From a bacterium (GTDB taxonomy: Bacteria > Desulfobacterota > DSWW01), in assembly GCA_040756235.1 (NCBI GenBank), contig JBFLZG010000087.1:32001-96000 (forward strand): a DNA stretch of 64,000 bases. Direction: 5' to 3'. A program made the position numbers and the translations under genes. This document shows positions 38,590-48,413 of the stretch, piece by piece; the stretch's first letter is position 1, and each line of letters begins with the position of its first letter. Under the pieces are notes generated by a model, which did no database searches, was not told the origin of the DNA, and saw nothing but the letters and a program-made list of their open reading frames with translations.

Positions 38590-38879
38590 TGATTGGATGT
38601 ATTCATTTGAAACAACGCCTCGCTCGAGGGTGTCTTACGCGACGGTCCTGCCCTGTGTGAATAGGTGGGCGTACCCAAAAAAGGTAAAAATTTTCCCGGC
38701 GAACAGGCGCTCGCGGCACTACCTTCACGGGGGGGTCGGTCTTGCATGCAAAAGGGCCTGTCACCCTGGGCGACCCGAGCCGATTCGGTTTGACTTTCGT
38801 GAAGGCTCACGGATAACTAAATATGTTCTTAGCCTGAAGATCGCCTCGCTGCGGCCTTCCCGCGATCCCGGATCGACAC

Positions 38880-39470
38880 ATGAAGAAAAGCCGAAAAAAA
38901 CGCAAGACCATATGGAAGAGGGCCGCCTCCTTCGTCGTGTTCCTCGGCACGGCAGCCTTTCTCTATGTCAACAGGTGCGATCTGTTAGCCACCGCTGTGG
39001 ACTACCTGCGCGGAAATGCAGGGCCTGCCCAGATCGATGACAAAGCCGATCTTCCCTCCGGCCGGACATGGTGCGAGAGGCCTGCCCGGGTTATCGGCAT
39101 ACCGGACTACACGAATCTCGTCCACGTATCGTCAGATGGATGGAAGATCACCTGTTTCCGGCTCCTCGACTTTGAAAACCGACTGATCGTCTGCAGTCCG
39201 CACGGTCTGAAACAGCCGCGGGACATCGAGGAGATCATCCGCAAGCGCTCTCTGGAAGGCCGACTCTCCTTGCTGCGGACAAGCCCTCTCGGGGCCACCC
39301 TGCGGAGCAGGTTCAGCAGCAGGGTCGGGGTGGAGTTGCCGGAGGACGCTTTCCTGCTGCGGGAGGACAGCCCGTCCGGCCGTTCTCCCTTGTGGACTGC
39401 GGCATTGACCGCGGCTGTGGTGCTTTTCTGTTTCTCCCTCGGCAGTCTAGTGCGCGGCTTCAGGCAGTGA
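38880..39470 (+). CDS. Hypothetical membrane protein
   Basis: Basic N-terminus plus TM, soluble middle, C-terminal TM; fills the gap before nifU-like gene; no recognised motif. Confidence 0.65.
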   Translation: MKKSRKKRKTIWKRAASFVVFLGTAAFLYVNRCDLLATAVDYLRGNAGPAQIDDKADLPSGRTWCERPARVIGIPDYTNLVHVSSDGWKITCFRLLDFENRLIVCSPHGLKQPRDIEEIIRKRSLEGRLSLLRTSPLGATLRSRFSSRVGVELPEDAFLLREDSPSGRSPLWTAALTAAVVLFCFSLGSLVRGFRQ

Positions 39471-39603
39471 CCCTGAGGCCCGAAGCTCGCCTCTCCCGGA
39501 GGGATTGGAAAAAAGCGGGCAATGGAATACAATGGACCCGTTCGATCGGGGCGAGATGCTCGGTCCCGGTTTGGAGACGTCGCAAAGAAGGAGGCGGACC
39601 TAC

Positions 39604-39822
39604 ATGCGGAAAGAGGTCGAAGAGGCATTGGCCAAGATCAGGCCGATGTTACAGGCGGATGGAGGGGACGTGGAGTTGGTGGAGGTAGACGACGGAGTCG
39701 TCAAGGTTAGGCTGCGAGGGGCCTGTGCCGGTTGCCCTGGGGCCCAGATGACCCTCCGGATGGGTGTGGAGAAACGGCTCAAGCAGGATGTTCCAGGTGT
39801 GAAGAGCGTGGTGGCGGTCTAG
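39604..39822 (+). CDS. NifU C-terminal (NfuA-like) Fe-S carrier domain protein
   Basis: IRPMLQADGGDVELV and GACAGCP (CxxC); RBS AAGGAGG before ATG 39604. Confidence 0.95.
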   Translation: MRKEVEEALAKIRPMLQADGGDVELVEVDDGVVKVRLRGACAGCPGAQMTLRMGVEKRLKQDVPGVKSVVAV

Positions 39823-39882
39823 TCGTCCTACTGCCGGGAAGCTATCTGCCGCCGCCGCTTAGCCATTGAGATGGGACAGCTG

Positions 39883-39920
39883 AGGCCTTCGCCCTTGACG
39901 AGTGGCGAAGGCCTTTTTTT
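39883..39920 (+). terminator. Intrinsic terminator
   Basis: AGGCCTTCGCC...GGCGAAGGCCT followed by a T run. Confidence 0.8.
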
Positions 39921-39941
39921 GACTCTCCTTCGGGTTGACAC

Positions 39942-39988
39942 GCACAATATCTTGTGCTCCAATTTAGTAGTAACACAACATGAGGTAT
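39942..39988 (+). promoter_or_regulatory. Tandem NrdR boxes
   Basis: GCACAATATCTTGTGC (39942) and ACACAACATGAGGTAT (39973), starts 31 bp apart as typical for NrdR boxes, directly after a TTGACA and upstream of nrdJ. Confidence 0.85.
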
Positions 39989-40032
39989 GAATGCCTTTCT
40001 GGCATAGCCTTCATGTAGTGGAAGGAGAGAGG

Positions 40033-42342
40033 TTGGCTCGTACTCTTTTCACGCGCGATGAGTCAGGACCGCCAGGGCTCTCTGAAAATGCTCTCCGGGT
40101 GCTAGAGAAGCGCTATCTGCAGAAAGATGCGAATGGTCTGCTGATCGAGACCCCTGAACAGATGTTCCGGCGTGTGGCCCGGGCAGTCGCTCAGGCGGAC
40201 GACCTCTACCCGAATGGCGACCCCATGGAGGAAACGGAAGAGAAGTTCTTCCGCCTCCTCTCGAACCTGGAGATGCTGCCGAATTCTCCCACCCTCATGA
40301 ACGCCGGGAGGGAGCTGGGACAGCTCTCCGCGTGTTTCGTGCTGCCCGTGGAAGATTCGCTGGAGAGCATCTTCGAGGCCATCAAGAGCACGGCGCTGAT
40401 CCACAAGAGCGGCGGCGGCACCGGCTTCTCTTTTTCGCGCCTGCGGCCCAGGGACGACCAGGTGCGCTCCACCCACGGAATCTCCAGCGGTCCCGTGTCG
40501 TTCATGACGGTCTTCGATGCTGCCACCGAGACGATCAAGCAGGGTGGCATGCGCCGAGGGGCGAACATGGGCGTGCTCTCCGTGAGCCATCCGGATATCG
40601 AGGAGTTCATCAGGTGCAAGCGGGATCACCGGCGCCTGAACAACTTCAACATCTCGGTGGCGGTGACGGAATCTTTCATGGAGGCGGCACGGAAGTGCGA
40701 GCTCTGGCCGCTCGTCAACCCGAGAACGGGCGAGACGGTGCGGTGGATCCGTGCGAATCAGGTTTTCGATTCGATCGTGAGCTCCGCATGGAACAACGGG
40801 GAGCCCGGGATTCTGCTCATGGACCGGATCAACCGGGACAATCCGACTCCACACCTGGGCGCGATCGAGAGCACGAATCCGTGCGGCGAGCAGCCCCTGC
40901 TGCCGTTCGAGTCCTGCAACCTCGCTTCGTTGAATCTGGCCCGGGCGGTCCGGGACGGGGTCGTCGACTGGGACGGCCTGGCCGAGAAGGTGCGCGCGAG
41001 CGTGCATTTCCTCGACAACGTCGTGGACGTCAACCGGTACCCTCTGCCCGAGATCGAGGCGATCACTCGTCTCAACCGCAAGATCGGCCTGGGCGTCATG
41101 GGATTCGCCGATCTACTGATCCGGCTGGGGATCCCTTATGATTCCGAGGATGCCATCGAGCTGGCGGAGAGGCTCATGCGGTTCATCTCGCACGAGGCAG
41201 TGCTCGCATCCCAGAAGCTGGCCGCCGAGCGAGGGCCCTTTCCGAAGTTCGCGAGGAGCCTTTACGCGGATACGGGGGAGCCTCCCAGGCGGAACGCGAC
41301 GCTCACCACGATCGCTCCCACCGGGACCATCAGCATGATCGCTGGCTGCTCCAGCGGCATCGAGCCTCTCTTCGCCGTCGCGTTCGTGCGCAACGTCCTG
41401 GAGAACGAAAGACTGATCGAGATCCATCCGCTGTTCGATGAAATCGCGCACAGGGAAGGGTTCTATTCCGAGGCCCTCCTGGACAGGATCCTGGAGACCG
41501 GAAGCGTTCAGACCCTCGACGAAGTGCCGGACCCATGGAAGCGGGTCTTTGTGATCTCTCACGACGTGGCTCCGGAGTGGCACATTCGCATGCAGGCCGC
41601 CTTTCAGAAATATACGGACAACTCCGTGTCCAAGACGGTGAATTTGCCGAGCGACGCCACGGAAGAAGGCGTGCGCAAGGCCTTCTGGCTGGCGTATGAG
41701 CAGGGGTGCAAAGGGCTGACCGTTTACCGCGACGGAAGCCGGGACAAACAGGTCCTGCAAAAGGGGGCGGCCTGCCGGAACGGCTCGGCGGAGAGGCCGG
41801 AAGCGGCGGACGCCGGGCTCGTGGTGCCCAGACCCAGACCCGACGTCATGCGGGGCACGACGCGCCGGGTTGAAACCAGTTGCGGTTCCCTTTACGTGAC
41901 CGTGAATTGCGATGAAGGGGGCAGCCCCTTCGAGGTCTTCACCTCCATGGGCAAGGCGGGCGGGTGTGCCTCGAGTCAATCCGAGGCAATCGGGCGGCTG
42001 GTCTCGCTTGCCCTTCGCTCCGGCGTCGATCCGCAGCAAATCGTTCGGCAGCTTCGGGGGATCAGCTGTCATCTTCCCCGCGGGTTGGGCAAGAACAAGA
42101 TTTCCTCCTGCGCGGATGCGGTTGCTCAGGCTCTGCAGCGCTTTGCGGGTGGCGCAGAGAGCGCCGGGAAAGACCTGCCCGGGGGGTTGCCCGGGGGCAC
42201 GGCGGATTCGAAGGAGGATTGCCCCGGCCAAGATCTGGGAAGCCTTTTCTTGAGAGGCGCCTGCCCGGAATGCCAGGGACCCCTCGAGCTTGCGGGCGGG
42301 TGTGCGGTGTGCCGTAATTGCGGCTATTCGGATTGCTCCTGA
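40033..42342 (+). CDS. nrdJ: Class II (adenosylcobalamin-dependent) ribonucleotide reductase with C-terminal TSCPD and Zn-ribbon region
   Basis: PNSPTLMNAG, LSACFV, RRGANM, STNPCGEQPL, TIAPTGTIS and C-terminal CPEC...CRNCGYSDC; no nrdB adjacent. TTG 40033 has RBS AAGGAG; ORF open from 39991. Confidence 0.95.
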   Translation: MARTLFTRDESGPPGLSENALRVLEKRYLQKDANGLLIETPEQMFRRVARAVAQADDLYPNGDPMEETEEKFFRLLSNLEMLPNSPTLMNAGRELGQLSACFVLPVEDSLESIFEAIKSTALIHKSGGGTGFSFSRLRPRDDQVRSTHGISSGPVSFMTVFDAATETIKQGGMRRGANMGVLSVSHPDIEEFIRCKRDHRRLNNFNISVAVTESFMEAARKCELWPLVNPRTGETVRWIRANQVFDSIVSSAWNNGEPGILLMDRINRDNPTPHLGAIESTNPCGEQPLLPFESCNLASLNLARAVRDGVVDWDGLAEKVRASVHFLDNVVDVNRYPLPEIEAITRLNRKIGLGVMGFADLLIRLGIPYDSEDAIELAERLMRFISHEAVLASQKLAAERGPFPKFARSLYADTGEPPRRNATLTTIAPTGTISMIAGCSSGIEPLFAVAFVRNVLENERLIEIHPLFDEIAHREGFYSEALLDRILETGSVQTLDEVPDPWKRVFVISHDVAPEWHIRMQAAFQKYTDNSVSKTVNLPSDATEEGVRKAFWLAYEQGCKGLTVYRDGSRDKQVLQKGAACRNGSAERPEAADAGLVVPRPRPDVMRGTTRRVETSCGSLYVTVNCDEGGSPFEVFTSMGKAGGCASSQSEAIGRLVSLALRSGVDPQQIVRQLRGISCHLPRGLGKNKISSCADAVAQALQRFAGGAESAGKDLPGGLPGGTADSKEDCPGQDLGSLFLRGACPECQGPLELAGGCAVCRNCGYSDCS

Positions 42343-42345
42343 CAC

Positions 42346-42397
42346 AGGCTGGTCAAAAACGCCCATCTGGCAGGGGCGCAAGATTTTTCGCTCCTGC
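42346..42397. repeat. Truncated family B end (reverse orientation) fused to a family C hairpin
   Basis: AGGCTGGTCAAAAACGCCCATCTG (42346-42369) is the reverse complement of the family B right end; followed at once by GCAGGGGCGCAAGATTTTTCGCTCCTGC. Confidence 0.75.
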
Positions 42398-42428
42398 ATC
42401 TCTCAAGAGACCGGAAGGTCAACCTCTT

Positions 42429-42456
42429 TTGAACCCTTCCCGAGTTCGTATATAAT
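42429..42456 (+). promoter_or_regulatory. Sigma-70-type promoter for tmk operon
   Basis: TTGAAC-16 nt-TATAAT. Confidence 0.55.
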
Positions 42457-42513
42457 CTGTCCCGCCTTGCCGATTCGGCGAATCTGCGCACATACATTCA
42501 GGTCTTGGCTGTC

Positions 42514-43167
42514 ATGGGTCTGTTCGTGACGTTCGAAGGCATAGAAGGGGCGGGCAAGACGACCCAGTTGGACCGGGTCGAAGCCTTCCTGAAGGAGATG
42601 CGCCTCGAGGTCTTTCGCACGCGCGAACCGGGGGGCACCTCGGTGGGCGAGAGCGTTCGCTCCATTCTGCTCTCGGTGGAAAGCGGCTGTATGGATCCCA
42701 TGACCGAGCTGCTCCTCATTCAAGCCTGCCGGGCGGAGCTGATTCGACGGCACCTGCGGCCTCGGCTCGAGGCCGGGGTCGTCGTTCTCTGCGACCGGTT
42801 CACGGACGCCACCCTCGCCTACCAGGGGTATGGAAGGGGCATCGATCTCGGGCTCATCGACCAGCTCAATGAAATCGCGACGGGCGGCATCCGGCCCGAC
42901 CTCACCATTCTGCTGGATTGCCCTGTGGAGGTCGGATTCGAGAGGATCCGCAACCGCCGGCCGCTGCGCGGGCCGGACCGGCTGGAGGCGGAGGGCAAGG
43001 CTTTCCATGAGAGAGTCCGAGAGGGGTATCTGGAGCTGACGCGCCGCAGCCGCGGCCGGATCCGGGTGGTCGATTCGACCGAAGACGCGGAGAAGGTGGG
43101 TGCGAAAATCATCGCGTACCTGCGCGACGCCCTGGGAACATCGGCCCCAACGGAGGATTCCAGATAG
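42514..43167 (+). CDS. tmk: Thymidylate kinase
   Basis: FVTFEGIEGAGKTTQ, TREPGGT and CDRFTDATLAYQGYGRG. Confidence 0.97.
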   Translation: MGLFVTFEGIEGAGKTTQLDRVEAFLKEMRLEVFRTREPGGTSVGESVRSILLSVESGCMDPMTELLLIQACRAELIRRHLRPRLEAGVVVLCDRFTDATLAYQGYGRGIDLGLIDQLNEIATGGIRPDLTILLDCPVEVGFERIRNRRPLRGPDRLEAEGKAFHERVREGYLELTRRSRGRIRVVDSTEDAEKVGAKIIAYLRDALGTSAPTEDSR

Positions 43168-43170
43168 CGA

Positions 43171-44241
43171 GTGAGCTCTCAAATCCCCCCGGGGGAACAG
43201 AGGAATCGGCGTTTGCCTTTCCAAGAGGTTTTCGGTCAGGACCGGGTGCTCCGGATTCTCCGGAAGGCGCTGGAAAAAGACAGCCTGCCGCATGCCTATC
43301 TCTTCTATGGGCCGGATGGCGTGGGCAGGTTCAAAGTCGCCCTCTCTCTGGCCAAGGCCCTCCTGTGCGGGAACCTCGCCCGGGACTTCTGCGGCACATG
43401 CCCGAGCTGCAGGCGTGTGCAGAGCGAGGAGCATCCGGATGTGCTCATCCTCCGGCCCCAGTCGCGCAAAGGGGAGAAAGACTGGGTCGTGGACCCGGAA
43501 ATGGGCGAGATCCGCATCGATCAAGTCCGTGAGCTGCGACACTGGACATCCGTAGGCAGCTTTCAGGGAGCCTGGCGCGTTGCCATTCTCGAGGGTGCGG
43601 ACAAGATGAACGCCGCGGCTGCCAATGCACTTCTCAAGACCCTCGAGGAACCTCCCCCGAAGGCCCTGCTCATCCTGGTAAGCCCCACCAGGACGCAGTT
43701 GCTGCCCACGATCGTGTCCCGCTGCCAGGCCGTCCATTTTCCACCCATCACCAGGAAGGAGCTGGAGGCTGCCCTCGCCGACCGGCTGAAGGGACCGCCC
43801 GGTGACGTGACCGTGCTGGCCGGTTTGGCGGACGGGAGCATCGGCAGGGCCCTGGCGCTCGACAGGGAGTGGGTCTTCGAGGGCAGGAGACATTGGATCG
43901 AGCGGCTTTGCAGATTGTTGCAGCCAGGCTCCGGCGCCTCCTTCCGGGACCTGGCGGAGGACCTGGCCGGATTTCCCCGGCTGCTGGGCGTGCTGGAATT
44001 ATATCAGACCTGGTTCCGGGATCTGCTGGTCCTGGGGGCAACAGGCGAAGCGGACCGGCTTCTCAACAGGGACCTGCTGTCGATGATGGAGCAGGCTTCC
44101 GCGGCGGGGGACCCTTCGGCGTGGGCCCGTGATTTCTTTGCGCTCCAGAGGGCCAAGGATGCCCTTCAGAATCGATCGAACACCCAACTGGTGGCTGAGG
44201 GGCTGTTGCTGGAGCTTCTGGACCACCGCAGCGGGCGATAG
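43171..44241 (+). CDS. holB: DNA polymerase III delta-prime subunit
   Basis: HAYLFYGPDGVGR, Zn-binding Cys cluster, HPD, AANALLKTLEEPP and TIVSRC; follows tmk. Confidence 0.95.
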   Translation: MSSQIPPGEQRNRRLPFQEVFGQDRVLRILRKALEKDSLPHAYLFYGPDGVGRFKVALSLAKALLCGNLARDFCGTCPSCRRVQSEEHPDVLILRPQSRKGEKDWVVDPEMGEIRIDQVRELRHWTSVGSFQGAWRVAILEGADKMNAAAANALLKTLEEPPPKALLILVSPTRTQLLPTIVSRCQAVHFPPITRKELEAALADRLKGPPGDVTVLAGLADGSIGRALALDREWVFEGRRHWIERLCRLLQPGSGASFRDLAEDLAGFPRLLGVLELYQTWFRDLLVLGATGEADRLLNRDLLSMMEQASAAGDPSAWARDFFALQRAKDALQNRSNTQLVAEGLLLELLDHRSGR

Positions 44242-44269
44242 CGCGAGCCGACAGGGTGCGTGAGGCGGC

Positions 44270-45109
44270 TTGAAAGAGAGACTGGAGACCATGGAAGAAG
44301 ACAAATCATATGAAATCATCGGCGTGCGCTTTGGGGGGATGCCCAACACCTACTTCTTTCAACGGAACCAGGTGAACGTCAAGGTGGGGGACCTGGTCAT
44401 CGCTGAAACGGAGCGAGGGCCGGGGATCGGCATCGTGGTGAGCGACCACATGGACCCGAAGTGGCTGGACTCCCTGGGCGCTCCTTTGCGGAAGACCCTG
44501 CGGAAGGCCACCGAGAGGGACCTCCAGGCGGACCGAGAGCTTCGGATCTTGGAGAAGAAGGCCTTCGAACTCTGCTCCCAGAAGGAAAAGCAGTTTCGGC
44601 TGGACATGAATCTGGTGGCCGTCCAGTACTACTTTGACCGAAGCAAGGCCGTGTTCTATTTCACGGCGGAGGGCCGTGTCGACTTCCGGGAGCTGGTGAA
44701 GGACCTCGCGCGCACCCTGAACACCCGCATCGAAATGAGGCAGATCGGGGTTCGGGACAAGGCGAAGCTGGTCGGGGGGATCGGCAGTTGCGGCCGCGAG
44801 CTGTGCTGCAAGAGCTTCCTCAAGGATTTCGAACCCGTGTCGGTGCGCATGGCCAAGGACCAGAACCTCACCCTCAATCCGTCCAAGATCTCGGGGGTGT
44901 GCGGTCGTTTGATGTGCTGCCTGACTTTCGAGCACGGGATCTACAAGGACCTTTGCAGGGACCTTCCCAAGTGCGGCAAAAAAGTCCAGGTCAGTGAAGG
45001 GGTCGGGAAGGTGACCCGCCAGAACCCTCTGGAGGGTACGGTGCTCATCGAGCTGGAGGACGGCCGGGAGATCGAAGTCGGCCGCGAAGCATTCAAAGAG
45101 AACCGCTAG
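44270..45109 (+). CDS. PSP1 domain protein (RicT/YaaT family)
   Basis: RVDFRELVKDLA, RIEMRQIGVRD, CGRELCC and SGVCGRLMCCL; alternative ATG 44291. Confidence 0.93.
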   Translation: MKERLETMEEDKSYEIIGVRFGGMPNTYFFQRNQVNVKVGDLVIAETERGPGIGIVVSDHMDPKWLDSLGAPLRKTLRKATERDLQADRELRILEKKAFELCSQKEKQFRLDMNLVAVQYYFDRSKAVFYFTAEGRVDFRELVKDLARTLNTRIEMRQIGVRDKAKLVGGIGSCGRELCCKSFLKDFEPVSVRMAKDQNLTLNPSKISGVCGRLMCCLTFEHGIYKDLCRDLPKCGKKVQVSEGVGKVTRQNPLEGTVLIELEDGREIEVGREAFKENR

Positions 45110-45115
45110 ATCGGT

Positions 45116-45934
45116 ATGAATCAACCCACAGGGTTGCTCATCGATTCCCACGCCCACCTGGACTCCCGTGAGTTCGATGAAGACCGGTGCGAGGTGATCC
45201 GCAGAGCCTGGGACGCAGGGCTCAAGGCCATGATCACCATCGGAGCAGGCGGGGACCCGGCGACCGGCGAGCGAGCCGTGGAGACCGCCCAGAGACACGC
45301 CGGGATCTACGCGACGGTCGGCATCCATCCTCACGATGCGCAGATGGCCCGACCGGGGGACTTCCTGCGGCTGTGCGAGCTCGCACGGCACCCGAAAGTG
45401 GTCGCGATCGGCGAAGTCGGTCTCGATTATCACTACATGCACTCGCCCGCTCGCGCCCAACAGGAAGTGTTCCGGCAATCTCTTCTGCTGTCTGCCGAAA
45501 CGGACCTGCCCGTCGTCATCCATACCCGCAAGGCCGACTCCGATACGCTGGACTTGCTGAGGGAAGCGCAAAGGGAGAGAGAGCTGAAGGGGGTCGTCCA
45601 CTGCTTTTCAGGGGATTACGCTTTTGCGCGGAGCCTGCTGGACCTGGGGATGCACCTGTCCTTTACGGGTCTCATCACCTTTCCCAAGGCGGAGCCGGTG
45701 TGCGACGCCCTGCGGCGCGTCCCTCTCGACCGAGTGCTCCTCGAGACGGACAGCCCCTATCTGGCGCCGGTACCCTATCGGGGACACAGAAACGAGCCGG
45801 CCTACGTCGCAAGAATCTGCGAAAAGACGGCGGAGATCCTGGGGAGGCCCTTCGATGAGATTGCCTGGGTTACAGGCAGAAACGTGATCCGGCTGTTCGG
45901 GCTGACGGGCCTCAGGGAGGCCGCGGACCCGTAG
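45116..45934 (+). CDS. tatD: TatD family nuclease
   Basis: IDSHAHL, GIHPH, IGEVGLDY and LLETDSPYLAP motifs. Confidence 0.95.
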   Translation: MNQPTGLLIDSHAHLDSREFDEDRCEVIRRAWDAGLKAMITIGAGGDPATGERAVETAQRHAGIYATVGIHPHDAQMARPGDFLRLCELARHPKVVAIGEVGLDYHYMHSPARAQQEVFRQSLLLSAETDLPVVIHTRKADSDTLDLLREAQRERELKGVVHCFSGDYAFARSLLDLGMHLSFTGLITFPKAEPVCDALRRVPLDRVLLETDSPYLAPVPYRGHRNEPAYVARICEKTAEILGRPFDEIAWVTGRNVIRLFGLTGLREAADP

Positions 45935-45959
45935 GGGGCGGAAAATCTTTCTCCCCTTC
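45931..45959. repeat. Repeat family C, degenerate copy overlapping the tatD stop
   Basis: GTAGGGGGCGGAAAATCTTTCTCCCCTTC; its TAG is the tatD stop codon. Confidence 0.65.
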
Positions 45960-45994
45960 CGGCGAGAAACGGCCGTCTGCCGAGGGCCCAAAAT

Positions 45995-46027
45995 GAAAGC
46001 GGGAAGGGCATCTGCCTTCCCGCTTTC
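45995..46027. terminator. Hairpin between convergent tatD and SDR genes, probable terminator
   Basis: GAAAGCGGGAAGG-7 nt-CCTTCCCGCTTTC. Confidence 0.65.
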
Positions 46028-46078
46028 GCATTCCAGTCCGGTCCCCGAGCGGGTTGCCCCGGGAACCTGTTCACTCGC

Positions 46079-46981
46079 TCAGCTATAGAACTTCATGATC
46101 TCCAGCGACTGCGACATGACGTTGTCGAGCTCCCGCAGGTTCTTCTGCTCCAGGATAGCCCCCCACTTCTCCTTGACCGCCTCGGGGGTCGACGGCTCCT
46201 TGCCGAGGAAGGCGCCGTCATTAACCATGATGGTCGCCCGCTGGACGAACCCCGCGCCGGTGCAGACGATCTTGCCGCTGTCCTGGCATGCCTCGGAGCA
46301 GAGGAAGAGGACCACCGGGGTGACATATTCCGGATTGAGCTTCTTGAAGACCTCCGGCGGCATGATGTCCTCGGTCAGCCGCGTCGCCGCCACGGGCGCG
46401 AGGGTGTTCACCTTGACGTTGTACTTGGCGCCTTCGATCCGGAGGGAGTTCATGAACCCGACCAGCCCCAGCTTGGCTGCCCCGTAGTTGGTCTGCCCGA
46501 AGTTGCCGAAGAGCCCGGTTCCGGAGGCCGTCATCACGATCCGGCCGTACCCGTTGTCGCGCATGTTGAGGAAGGCCGGCTTGGTGACGTTGTAGGCGCC
46601 CTTGAGGTGCACGTTCAGGACGGGGTCCCAGAGGTCCTCTTCCATCTTGGTGAAGCTCTTGTCGCGCAGGATGCCCGCGTTGTTGATGAGGATGTCCACC
46701 TTGCCGAAGGCCTCGATCGCCTGGCGCACGATGTTGGCACCGCCTTCGTGGGTGTGCACGCCGTCATAGTTGGCGACGGCCATGCCCCCCTTCGACTTGA
46801 TCTCCGCGACGACTGCATCGGCCATGTTGGTCCCGCCGCCTGTTCCGTCCCGGGATCCGCCGAAGTCGTTGACGACTACCTTGGCCCCTCTCTTGGCGAG
46901 CTCCAGGGCATACGTCTTTCCCAGTCCGCCGCCGGCCCCCGTCACGATCGCCACCCTTCCCTTAAAATCGATCTTCTCCAT
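46079..46981 (-). CDS. SDR oxidoreductase, MFE-2/HSD17B4-like 3-hydroxyacyl-CoA dehydrogenase
   Basis: TGAGGGLG, VVVND.GG, NNAGILRD and GNFGQTNYGAAK (YxxxK). Confidence 0.9.
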   Translation of the reverse strand: MEKIDFKGRVAIVTGAGGGLGKTYALELAKRGAKVVVNDFGGSRDGTGGGTNMADAVVAEIKSKGGMAVANYDGVHTHEGGANIVRQAIEAFGKVDILINNAGILRDKSFTKMEEDLWDPVLNVHLKGAYNVTKPAFLNMRDNGYGRIVMTASGTGLFGNFGQTNYGAAKLGLVGFMNSLRIEGAKYNVKVNTLAPVAATRLTEDIMPPEVFKKLNPEYVTPVVLFLCSEACQDSGKIVCTGAGFVQRATIMVNDGAFLGKEPSTPEAVKEKWGAILEQKNLRELDNVMSQSLEIMKFYS

Positions 46982-47157
46982 GACTTCCTCCTGTCTGCAG
47001 GCGATTCCTGGTCAGCTGCTCGCCAATGAGCTGCACTCTGGAAGTTTCTGGAAACCTTCATAGTGAGATTAACGCGAGAAGTCAAGGCTGGCCTGCTCCC
47101 GTTCTCGCTGACAAACGGCAACCCACCGGGAGGAGCACATCGCAAGCAGCCAGGCAT

Positions 47158-48141
47158 TCAGGGGCAGCCTCCCAGGCAGAGCGCTGCGGCCCCATAGATC
47201 CCGACGTCCCTGTCGAGGGCTGCCGGGACGATCGGCGTGGAGGCTGCGAAACGGTTGATGGTGCGCCTGGGCATCTCGACCCGGATGGTCTGGAACAGGG
47301 GTTCGCCGATCCGGGTGAGCCCTCCGCCGATGACGATGACATCGGGATCGAGAAGACTGACGATGCCTCCCAGCCAGATGCCTAAATAAGTGCCGGTTTG
47401 CTGGATGATCTCCTGGGAGAAAGCGTCCCCCTGCCGGGCAGCCAGGTCCAGGTGTTCCATGGTCAGATTCTCGATCTGCCCGCCCGTGGCCTCGGCGATC
47501 AGGCGTGGCATGCCGGGAAGCTTCTTGAGCCTGTCCCTGGCCCTCCGGGCCACGTGGATTCCCGAAGCATACGCCTCGATGCAGCCGATGTTCCCGCAAT
47601 TGCAGACAAAAGCCTGGTCGGAGAAATTGATGGTGACGTGGCCTCCCTCGCCGGCCACCCCGTTCTTGCCGTGAACGATCGAACGGTTCCGGATGATGGC
47701 GGTGCCGACCCCGGTGCTGACGGTTGCGTAGAAGACGTCGGCATAGCCGGCAGCCGCCCCCCAGATCGCCTCCGCGAGCCCGGCCGCATTCGCGTCATTG
47801 TCCACATGCACCGGCAGGCCGGTCATGGATTCGAGCGACTCCCGGATTCGAAAATCCTTCCATCCCAGGAGGTTGGGGGGGTTGAAGAGGATCCCTTCGG
47901 CCGGATCCAGCGGGCCGGGAGCGCAGGCGCCGATTCCCGATACGCTGCCGTCCTGCAGGAGTGGATGCGCGAGAATTGCCTCCAGAGCTTCCTTCATGCG
48001 GCTGAAAGAGTGATGAAATCCCTTCTCCTGCTCCGTTGGGACCTCCATGCGGGCTGCCAACCTGCCCCGGAGGTCGACCAGACCTGCGGCGATCTTGGTG
48101 CCGCCGATATCGAGCCCGAGAACGTACTCTTGCTTTTGCAT
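47158..48141 (-). CDS. ROK family sugar kinase (glucokinase-like)
   Basis: GLDIGGTKI, DNDANAA, GEGGH and CNCGNIGCIE; no N-terminal HTH; RBS GGAGG before ATG 48141. Confidence 0.92.
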   Translation of the reverse strand: MQKQEYVLGLDIGGTKIAAGLVDLRGRLAARMEVPTEQEKGFHHSFSRMKEALEAILAHPLLQDGSVSGIGACAPGPLDPAEGILFNPPNLLGWKDFRIRESLESMTGLPVHVDNDANAAGLAEAIWGAAAGYADVFYATVSTGVGTAIIRNRSIVHGKNGVAGEGGHVTINFSDQAFVCNCGNIGCIEAYASGIHVARRARDRLKKLPGMPRLIAEATGGQIENLTMEHLDLAARQGDAFSQEIIQQTGTYLGIWLGGIVSLLDPDVIVIGGGLTRIGEPLFQTIRVEMPRRTINRFAASTPIVPAALDRDVGIYGAAALCLGGCP

Positions 48142-48413
48142 CCTGGCCTCCCTCGTCGTTTGCGCATTTCTCTCCATGTTATCACAGTACTCCTCTCGAG
48201 GAAGCCATCATGACGGGTGGCCGGAGGACCGGCTCGAGGCGACTCCTCCGCTGTGGTTTCGCAGACCCTGCCGAGAGCTCGTTACACCGCCTTGCCGACT
48301 CGACGGTTACAAATTGGACATTTTTTTCTTGCACAAAGGAGGCACCCTTTTGTATTGTTTCGATGAGCCAGTGTTGCTCTTCAGGACGATCGAAGAAAAA
48401 AGGGGACGGCTCG

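Noticed and set aside
38323..38810. Short ORFs in the AT-richer gap upstream of the PEP-CTERM gene
   Set aside because: No RBS or motif support; the region is explained by promoters and an IHF site.
44270..45934. Absence of metG between the PSP1 gene and tatD
   Set aside because: I recall metG often lying here in related bacteria, but the genes abut cleanly with no remnant, and gene-order variation alone is unremarkable and unverifiable here.
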